From Marsupella aquatica (Eukaryota > Plantae > Marchantiophyta): a stretch of DNA of 64,000 nucleotides. The stretch covers positions 19,844,857 through 19,908,856 of the forward strand of contig OZ316893.1 of the NCBI GenBank assembly GCA_973895155.1, in the 5' to 3' direction. Under the pieces are notes generated by a model. It did not search any database. It saw nothing but the letters and a program-made list of their open reading frames with translations, and was not told the origin of the DNA. Made by a program: the position numbers and the translations under genes. Shown in pieces: positions 1 to 9,636 of this stretch (the stretch's first letter is position 1; each line of letters starts with the position of its first letter).

Positions 1-2649
1 AGGTTTTTCAGCTGAACTCTAGTCCCAACATAAACGTGTTAGGGGTCTAAAACCTCACAACTTGATGATCCTTAGCTACCACTGTAGATTAATTGCTGTT
101 ACCTTAATTGCTAGGTGGTTCCTGTAGCTACCACTGTAGGTTAAGGACGGAAATTTTGTTAGACTGCCAACTTTATAATTCGTAATGTTTAGCTTAAAGG
201 ATGAGTATGTGCCCCATAGGTCACTCACGGCTGAAACAAATTAAAAGAAAGCTTTTACTTAGGCCAAAAGCCATTGCATGTAAGGATGCAGCTTTGAGAC
301 CCCCTAACATTCCAACTAGCCTGATGCCCATGAATTCTGTAGTATGGTTGGCAGGAAGTGAGATGGCCAAGCAGTTGCATGTGGCTGGGAGTCGGGCAAG
401 TTGGCACCGCAACTGGATTTCAAGAGGGGTTTGAGCTGCGGGAAGAGTGACAGGTTGGACATGGAAAATATGCACTATGACACCTTTAGGTCCATCTCAT
501 AGTTAGTAAAAACTTTCACCATAATTGAAGAGTCTAGGGTGGCTTCTTGCAAGAACAACACTTTTTAAACAAATAATGAGAAAGAAAATGAGATAACAAT
601 CTATTATAGTTGTTAGATCACGAAAGATAAAAAGTTCCATGTGGCCATTATGTTTCACAAGTTTTTTACTGATTTATAAATTTTGGTGGAAGTTACTTTA
701 CCAATTGAACTCTTACGGAACACTTTGAAGTGTTACAGTTTTACTCAAATACTACCTTTTCCGTGTATAAATGGCATCATACAACCGTTTTTGGGGTAGA
801 AAAAAGCTTGGTCTATGGAATCCCGAGGTCAAATGCTTGTGGTCCATCTGAGCATCAACTTCTAAATCTTAGAGTAAAGTGCAATAAATTCCAGCTGCAA
901 ACGACAAAATAATCTTTTGTGAGAAAGCAGCAAGACTGTAAGGGGAATGATGGATGATACCAAACGTGTCCAATTCTTAAAGAAAGGAACTATCTTTGTG
1001 GGATTTATTAGAAAATTCTTCGTTGGCCTTATAGGGGCTTGAACATGTGCCTTGACTGTAATATTTGTAACCAACCCAGCCATATCCACTTTGTCCTCCA
1101 GTCCACTTTTTAGCTCAGAAAGTACAGAAAGCTCAAGTGGCCAGAGGTGACTTGACACCAATAGGCATCGACTTCAATTCCCGACAAAACAGTTGCAACT
1201 TTGCTCCTTACATGGGTTCTCCTGCAAACCACCTTAGCCTCTTAGGCCTGGTTGATGAATGTGCTTTGCAGCGCATGCACTTCTACTACTCGTAGGAAAT
1301 AAATAGGAATATAGAAAGCAGGGGAGTTCCCAGCTCGCAAGCCAGTTGCAAGGATTGCTCGAACGTGATTTCACCTTTTAAAAAGTATGGAAAAGGTGAA
1401 AAGTAAAAATCCATTCAGGACCAAAGAAAATGTTTTCTAATACATAGTATACATTCAAGAAATAATTTGGCTGCATAAGGTTCTTCTTTTTTCTGCCCCC
1501 GAAACCCCACACGAAAGGCAAGGCTGTCAGATAAGTTAGCCTCCAAGGGAGGAGGCAACCTCGAAGATAAAGGCCAAAGGGGCCAGCACAAGGGGGCAAA
1601 CAAGGCACAGGCAACCAGGAGGACGCCAGCAATAAGTCCCAAAGGGGGGACAAGGGAAAGAACCAGCAAAACAACAATGCATGAGCCACTCCAGCAATTA
1701 GTGTTACTCATGCTGATTTGTTGCACTATTCACCACAAATTTGTGCTGCTTACACTAATTCAAATGAAGCAAATTTTTGGCTACACTCAATAAAATTTGC
1801 CGAAAGCATTTTTTTTTTTTGGCCTTTAGGCTATTGTTTGTTTTATGCTCTTATTATTACTAAACCGCTTATTCAAAGGAGTTTTCTCCACCAGCTTTAT
1901 TAAAACAAAGCAAGCACACTCGATTAGGATGCAAAGATTGGTACTTCTTCATTCATGGATAAGATCATATCCATCCACACGTTAAACCTTTTCGTTCTAT
2001 TCAAATTTCTCGAGAATTTAACAATCGTTCAACTGATAGTAGGAGGTTATCATTAATTGATAGGTGTCATTGTTTTAGGCGCTTATTCCAAATCTCTCAG
2101 AGCAAATTATCAGAGGATCAGTCATAAAGTTGTTGTTGCAATATCGCTGGCATTTTGTCATCTAGGAAAGGAAAAATATCTGCTCTATCTTAATGGGTTG
2201 AATTAAAAAGTAATTTTAACTATTTGATTGTTTCATAACATAAGCCCAACATTTAAAAAAAGTCCTTTGAATAAAGGGGCAAGGCGTATGGATATTAATG
2301 CTCTCTGGAGAATGATAACTAATGTTACGATTGAAGAATATTGCAAATATCTAATACTTGTAGATGATTATATGCTTATATTATATCTAGTTTTTATAGA
2401 GTTGTCTACTTCCAAATTGAAAGGTTGACCAAATAATATCATACACTTCTGTAATAATTAATCCTGCCAAAAATTATTCAAATTGTTCTACAAACTTGAA
2501 TAGTGGAAACAAGTCTTTCCAGTGATTTTCCATTTGCTTGAAATGGGCAAATTTAAACACCGCTTGAAATGGGGAAACAAGATTCATGTCTTCCAGTGTT
2601 TTTGCATTGCTTGAAATGAGGTGTGCCGCAGAGATATGCTGGCTTCTAG

Positions 2650-2784
2650 GGTACAATGTACATATTGACTGTACTCTATCTCAATACTTCGATGTACCTT
2701 TTTGGGACCCCTGTACTTAACTGTACTTTACTCTGGTACATACTACGTACCAAGCATGAGAAGTTTTTGGCTTTTCTTGTAGTG
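2650..2784. mobile_element. Orphan CACTA (En/Spm) right terminus with subterminal repeats
   Basis: TTTTCTTGTAGTG at 2772-2784 is the reverse complement of the canonical CACTACAAGAAAA TIR. It is preceded by several (C)TGTAC subterminal repeats (2655-2750). No matching left end was found upstream in the window. Confidence 0.55.
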
Positions 2785-2866
2785 GGGTTGATTTTGAAAT
2801 TCTATGGGTTAATTTTGTTTTTTTTGCCCAAAAAAAAACAACTCCTCCCTTTTCTGCCCTCTAATT

Positions 2867-3453
2867 GATTTTTTACTAACCTATTCCCCAAACTGACCTA
2901 AATTATCAAACTCTTCCCCAAACTTTTAATTCCTAAGTCCACCTCCTTTTTGAATATTGGTTATTGTAACTTCTCTATTTAACCCATCCTGCATTGGTTG
3001 TCTGCCACATGGCAATGTGCTATATGCCACATGGAATGCTGGTTCTGCCCTAACTTGGGCTGATTCATTCCCATTTTTATGATTTAGGGAGTGCCAGGCT
3101 GGCTCCCTTGAGTTGCGCTAAGGCAGCCCCAACCCCGGCTTCCTCCCTGCCCAACTTACCCGCAAATGCAGGCCTGACTACAGGGCCACTCCTCCCTTCC
3201 CTTTTCCGGCCAGGTACTCCCTAAATTGTCATAATGGAAGTGAGTCAGCCTGTGTTAGGGTAGAATCGGCCAGGGCTCGGCGTGGTGAATAGCGCCTTGT
3301 CACATGGCAGGCCACCAACACAGATGACCTCAGGTTAAGTACAAGAGTTGGAGTAACCCATATTCGACAAGGGGGTCGACTTAGTAATTAAAATAGTTTT
3401 GGGGACAAGTTGATAAATACGGTCAGTTTGGGGGATAGGTTAGTAAAAAGATC
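2867..3453. mobile_element. Non-autonomous foldback element with long TIRs (Mutator-like MITE), copy 1
   Basis: Imperfect inverted repeats of ~230 bp (TTTTACTAACCTATTCCCCAAACTGACC ... GGTCAGTTTGGGGGATAGGTTAGTAAAA) around a short GC-rich core. Same terminal sequence family as 7666-8457. Confidence 0.8.
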
Positions 3454-4599
3454 TTTTCTTTTGGGGGTGGGGTGAACGCGTGGGCCAAGGTTCATCCTTG
3501 TACCTCACTTGTCTGCTATTTTAGAGGCAGGGTGTATTCCTTTTTGGGGTGGAGAATTGGTGTTGTTGGATTATTCAACTTCCCACATTGTTTCTTCTTG
3601 GCTCCCACTCCAGATTTATTCTGTTTCCTACTTGATGTCTGTGCATTATTTACACATTCCTTTATTTGCAGGAAGTTTCATTTCTCTCTCCTATATTTAT
3701 CTCCCCCCCCCCCCCCCCCTCCCTATTGTCTTTTCAACAAAGTGGCCCCTAACACTTTTTTGCCCACAATTTTGTACGTAGTCCAACACATCTCACATAG
3801 ATGACACCTTCAATGTCCAATTTTCATGATTTCTCTTGTGAAAATGGGAAAGAGGGCCTCCGGTAGGGATGGAAAGGGCGGAAAGAGGAAGCAAAAGGTA
3901 AGAAAGGGGACACGGAGAGGGCAGGAAACACACAGACAGGAGGGGGAAGGAAAAGGCCAGTTAATCAAGGAATATTTCCTACACAACACCTCAGCCCAAA
4001 CTGCACTCGCCTCTAATTAGGCTCGTTCCAGCTGTAGCTCCAACTCTTGATATGGCTCCTGTCTCAGCTCTGCCCCAACTCTCCCTTGCATTTATGCCTT
4101 CTATTCCTTCCTTCCAACTTGCAGCCATCTGCATCACAGCAACACTTTTCACAGGGACAAACTCTCCACAATTACACAGTGTCCGTGCAAATACACTTCC
4201 CAGCGACAACCCAGTCACAATGACATTTTTTTTCATGCATCTCCACCAAATGCAAACACTTTTCACCAAGTCAAACTCTCCACAGTGACGCAGTTTCTGT
4301 GTCGGCACACTTCCCCAACAACAACCCAATTGCAACAAATTGTGCAATACTCAGATAGTCACTGGGCTACTGATATTACAAGGAGCAATCAGATCCCAAT
4401 GGATAAGATTCTTGTGTGGGGATGGGAGGTCTCAAGTATAAACAATTTACCTTTAATGGGGTCATTAGAATTGAATAAAACTAGTTATCAAATGAAACTG
4501 TTTGACTGAATCACGGCATGGCATGTTTTTTCGGTAAGTTTATTTGCATACATATCTAAGACTGGATAAACCAAAGCTAGGATGGACCTAAAAGTTGTT

Positions 4600-6000
4600 G
4601 TGCCCATCCCCATGCCTGTGTAAATCCATCAGCCACTGGGAAGAAAAAGAGACAGGTGCTTTTGGAAAGACACTTCACTTTTGTCAAAAACACCTGGAGT
4701 GGTTTTTTGAGGTATTAGACCCACTGACTGCAAAATACTTGATTGTGGCCAACTCGTCCATTTATTGGGACTTCTTTTGGATCTATTTTCAAGCTCATTT
4801 CCAACCCCTTGTACAATTGTTTTAGAAAATTGAGAGCTGAATTTCTAAGACTGGCTGGCCAGTAACTTGGTAGGTCACGGAACATCTCTAGTATCAGACA
4901 ATGTGAAATTAAAAAATCAATTCCCCATGCTCAACCATTTACCTTCAAGTGCTCGAAGAAGTGCATCTTTCCCAGAACCTGCATTAAAATGGACTGGTTG
5001 GGCTGTCTTTGTGTATGTCATACTTTCCCAAGAATAGCAAGGGCACCCGACTGATTAAGATGTCTGTTCAATTTTTAAAGTAAATTAAAGGAATTGTAAT
5101 GGACAGAATTTGTAAAACCACTAGAAACTATAGCCTTCTTCTCCAACAAAATAACAAAATTGCTCAATAAACAATCAATGCTATAATATGCAATCCCACA
5201 TCATCATAGTTTTTTATGGAATTTCATTCTGGCAGTAAGCCTACCTTGGCCACTGGATTATGATGACATTTTTCCTAACCATGAGGCGGACCTAAACGAA
5301 CCATTTGCACCTTTTTGGCACCCGACTCATGACTCTCCTTGAAACTTGCACACTCCTTGACATGCAATTTAGGTTAATATGCCTACTCTCCACAACTTCT
5401 GATTTCCTGGCCATCTCATTTGTGTTCAACAACACTTTCACTCGAGATCATTTATTGTCAATTTGACATACATTGCAGGGAGTAAAACTGAGCCAAATTT
5501 GTGTGTACCAAGAAATTTAGCAATAATTAGTAGACATTAGTGTGGATCAACCTCCTAGTTTTCTCAAATAAAAACTTAGAAAATTATTGAATTGAGTGTC
5601 CCGTCATCTTTCCAGCTCAGCTCTTTTACAACAGGTCAAGGGTGGCAAAATACTCTACTCTTGTCGATGCTTCTTTGCCACTCTAGTAGAAAGGAGTCGC
5701 TAGAATTCACTTCAGATAGTGTGACCACAACTCAATGACCATTTTGACAAATTGCTCCAACAATATTTGGTTAGTCCATACTAATGTGTGACTGCCTTGC
5801 TTTATCACATTCGAAATTACATCTTTCAATAAGTTGAGTAGAACTTGCTTTTTTCTGGAAACCTAAGTTCTCATAGACCACAACAATTCACAAGATGTTC
5901 AGATGGAAGTCCTTAACCCATGTATTTCTGAGTGTTTTTTTTTTATCACATTTTTGTGTCTACATATTTAATAACTTTCTGAGCACGGGTCTGGCATTAA
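4600..6000 (-). pseudogene. Highly decayed L1-like LINE reverse-transcriptase remnant
   Basis: Minus-strand fragments resemble RT motifs in the expected order: 'KNWRPITLLNVxYKIIAK'-like (~5515-5565), 'SRSVRQG'-like (~5345-5365), 'YxDD'-like (~5200). Many stops and frameshifts; boundaries approximate. Confidence 0.3.
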
Positions 6001-6276
6001 ATTGGTTGTGGTGATGTGGTCCGTCAGATTTGTACCTCAAAACTTCTGGTTCATCTGCAACAAATTTGAACTGTGTGATCTATAGTTGTGCTTGGACCAA
6101 TTCTTTTCCATCCAAGACTCAGCTTGAAAGTTGTGGTCTTATCGAAGACAGGGTTTTAAATGGTTGATAAATAGCCCTTCAGGACATTAAGGATGGTTAC
6201 AATCAACAAAATTAAGCTTCAAATGTATATTAATAAATTGGTAGAAAATTTTCTTAATAATAGAGCCTCCTGACAC

Positions 6277-6908
6277 TGTGACACCCCTTTCCCTATACTG
6301 ACGACTTAGAGTACACCAAAAATTTCCAACCTTAGAAGGTTAGGAACGAAGGACAGGGCTCTAGGGCCATTAACTCAAATGTGAAACAAAACAAAACAAA
6401 AGTAGTTGCTAAGATTCTCTAATGGGGAGGAAGAAGACACAAAACTACCGAATAATGTCATTTTCTTCCTCTCAGTTAATTGTGAGACATATCCCCGGTT
6501 TGGACTTGTCGGGCAAATAGGAGGATTTGGGACGACAAATGACATATGTCATCCCGGTCGACCCCGGTCGATCCCGGCCGGGTGACAGGGTCGGGGGGTT
6601 GGCCGGGTTGGGCCGGGAGGGGGGGGTCGGGCCGGCCGGGAGTCGGGCGGGAGGGCCGGGAGGGGGGGGGAGAGCCGGGTTGGGCCGGGAGGGGGGGTCG
6701 GGAGAGCCGGCCGGGAGTCAGGCGGGGAGGGCCGGGAGGGGGGGGGAGCCGGGTTGGGTTGGGAGGGGGGGAGAGCTGGCGGGGAGGGCCGGGAGGGGGA
6801 GGGAGAGCCGGGTTGGGTTGGAAGGGAAACGGTTGGAAACTAGATAGAACTTATAGGGGCTTAGAGTGTCCCATTCTTGGCTTACGTTATCTAAGGGTGC
6901 TTCTATGA
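6277..6908. mobile_element. Putative solo LTR containing a G-rich tandem array
   Basis: Starts TGTGACACCC (typical LTR terminus) and is flanked by a 5-bp direct repeat GACAC (6272-6276, 6909-6913). TATA-like CCCCTATAAG on the minus strand at ~6850. The right end is ...TATGA, not canonical CA. Confidence 0.45.
6575..6835 (+). repeat. G-rich minisatellite (GCCGGGTTGGGCCGGGAGGGGGGG... units) with G-quadruplex potential
   Basis: Degenerate ~45-75-bp units with dense G3+ runs. The Gly/Arg-rich ORFs over it are by-products of the repeat. Confidence 0.85.
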
Positions 6909-7521
6909 GACACATTGATTTACTATAACTGCATTCCATTGCCCTCTTATATACCATGCAACTTGCATCACTTCACAGTCTAAGGCCAATTTGTAGACTT
7001 GTCAAGCAAATCAAAATTGACATGCTCTTGATAGTTGGTCTTCCTCTCACATTAAACCTTTGGTTGGAACATTCCCACCAATTCTTGGTCTGTTTTCCTA
7101 CCGACATCTTGCGGATTCTGAAGTTAGGTTGGGGACATTTGTGCCACATGCCACAAATCTTTGGCCACATCAAATTTGACCTGAGTAGGCAAAGCAAACT
7201 GGGCTTGTCTACCAATCAAATCTGTCTAGCAAAATTCTAACTTGCTTTCCACCTTTCATACCTTGTGCTTGAGCCCCACCAAGTTACAAAAGATGACACA
7301 CTTCCCATTACCTCTGGTTGGGGAAGCCAGACTCTGAATTCATGATTGGTAGGTGATTGTTCACCCTAAGACAATGCCATTTCCCCTCCACAAGTGGGAA
7401 TTCAAACTTTGAAACGACTTTCTGTTCATGGTGAGACTCATCATGTATACTAGCAGAATGCTATGCACCATGGAGGGCTAAAACTAGCCTGAAGGACTCC
7501 ACATACCAATACTCCCATGCT

Positions 7522-7665
7522 GGTCCCTACTCAAAAGCATAGTCTAAGTATCAAGTTTTTGTTACCAGAGTAATTGCCACCTATGGCTTCATTGTGTGGA
7601 ATAGGGTCCCTACTCAAAAGCATAGTCTAAACATCAATTTTTTGCTACCAGAGTAATTGCCACTT
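7522..7665. repeat. 84-bp tandem duplication; second unit interrupted by the foldback element
   Basis: GGTCCCTACTCAAAAGCATAGTCTAA... at 7522 and 7606. The second unit resumes at 8467 (ATGGCTTCA...GGAATAGG). Confidence 0.8.
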
Positions 7666-8457
7666 ACAGCATTTTACTATCCTGTCCCCCAAAGTGAACT
7701 AAATTATTAACTTACCCCCAAAATTATTCTAATTGCTAAGTTGCCCCTCATTCTGTATATATGAGTTACTTTTACTGTTTTAGTTAACCCCAGGTGATTT
7801 TTCATTGGTGGATTGACACATGGCAAGGTGCTATTGGTTCCACCTTACCCTGACCGAGTTTACCCTCACCTGGCTGGCTCTTTCCCATTTTTTGAACGAG
7901 CCCTACACCGAACATGGCTGGCATGTCCCCCGATGACCCAACTCAGTTCAGGCGGTAGACCCGAATGTGGGTTTGTTTACACATGGAAAATATGTATACT
8001 TTTGGGGTCTCGTTCTCGTATAGAAGTGAGAGTAGGGTGGATCATCGGGACCCGAGGATCATCAGGCCCCTATGGAGTGTGGGACCTTGTTTTTGAGCAC
8101 TCAACCAGCCAGGTAGCCAGGGTTGGGATTCAAACTTGCAAGGGGGAGGGGCCAGCCCTGTTTGGTGCAGGGCTTGTTCAAAAAAATGGGAAAGAGCTAG
8201 CAGGGTGAGGGTAAACTCGGCCAGGGTAGGGTGGAGCCAATAGCACCTTGCCAGGTGTCAATCCACCAATGATTAATCACCTGGGGTTAACTAAAACATT
8301 AAAAGTAACTCATAGGTCTGGTAGCTCGATTCACATTCCCCAAAAAAGTAACTCACATATACAATATATATATGGGGGGCAACCTAACAATTAAAATATT
8401 TTTGGAGGTAGGTTAGTAATTTAGCTCAGTTTGGGGGATAGGATAGTAAAAAGCTGT
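7666..8457. mobile_element. Non-autonomous Mutator-like foldback element, copy 2, with degenerate 9-bp TSD
   Basis: TIRs ~255 bp (7666-7922 vs 8151-8457), highly complementary. Flanks TTGCCACTT (7657-7665) and TTACCATTT (8458-8466) form a 9-bp TSD with two transitions. Long TIRs plus a 9-bp TSD are Mutator hallmarks. Confidence 0.85.
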
Positions 8458-9545
8458 TTACCATTTATGGCTTCACTCTATGGAATAGGTCATGAGTAGT
8501 TTTTTTCAAATTGCCAGTTATAGTATAGATGGTTGCCTTTTGAGGGGTCTGCTATAGTGACAGGGTTAGTCTGAGCATGTGGTAGTAGATGTAGCTGATG
8601 GACAACGAACAAGCTGGAAGTAATGATAGCAAATGTCTAGTAGGCTGGTAAAACGAACTAAGCTAAACGCGAAATGCTATAGGCCCATCTACTCTAGTGA
8701 TCTGGCCCCCCTCAAGGACAAGCTTGTTTCCAAACCCCCCTCAAGCAAATGTCTGCCATATTTCTCTTTTGTGTGCTAAAGCTTGTGATAAAAACTAATC
8801 ACAATTGGCTGTGTCTCACATGCAGGGGACTTTGTATGGAGGCTCAATTGCCTTTTGGGAGCGTACATTCTCTCTAAGAGAACAAAAGGGAATGATGGTG
8901 CTGCTTTCACTCTTGGCAATGAATGGTATCATCTTTCAAGTCTAATGAAATTGGAGGTTCAACAAGAACTTGAACTTCCACCGAAATTTAAATCAGTAAA
9001 GTGCAATGAAAGGAAAGAAAAAGAGGTCCAAAAAGGACATACAAAGAAAAAGAAAAGCAATCCTAAAAAAGAGAAGAAGAGAAAAGGAAAAGTGTCAAAC
9101 ACTACATGAGTGCGAACTCAATGACAAGTGTTCACATTGGAAAATGTAACAAGAGCTAATGGTTCACATCCACTGTCCGAACTAAATCAACAAGTGGAAC
9201 AAGAATGCCCTTTAGGAGGGTTAGCGTCTGCGAGGCACAGTGGCGCCCACTGTGAAGAATCAAAGATAAATTGCTCAAGCTTGGGCACGCTGTTAGGCCA
9301 ATGAAATGCACTGACAAAAGTACATGGGCAAGATGGATGGTGGGGGTCCGGAGGGACCCGTCCGTTTGTGAATATCATGAACAGTCTGTTTTAGAAGCTT
9401 ATCAAACTGATGATGAAAACGCCCAAAGATCTCAATAACAAGTGAGATGAATGTAACAAATGAAAGGGCATCATTACCTTACTACTTTCACTTCCTTCAT
9501 TTTGGGTTTCTTTTCTGAATGTGGCGTTTCCCACTCTTGGAATTC

Positions 9546-9636
9546 AAAGTTGAGATACTTTATTTCAATGAAAGTTGAGATACTTTATTTCAATGAAAGT
9601 TGAGATACTTTCTTGCAAGGAAAGTTGAGATACTTT
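9546..9636. repeat. 25-bp-period tandem array, four copies of AAAGTTGAGATACTTT
   Basis: Identical 16-bp cores at 9546, 9571, 9596 and 9621, separated by 9-bp linkers. Confidence 0.9.

Noticed and set aside
3991-4347. Cys-rich minus-strand frames resembling a SWIM/zinc-knuckle
   Set aside because: Overlaps a ~114-bp duplication; Cys/His spacing does not fit a defined motif.
6527-6957. Gly/Arg/Pro-rich ORFs
   Set aside because: They are translations of the G-rich tandem repeat, open in several frames.
8120-8145. tRNA B-box-like GTTTGAATCCC on the minus strand
   Set aside because: No A box or cloverleaf; no tRNA or rRNA gene is supported anywhere in the window.
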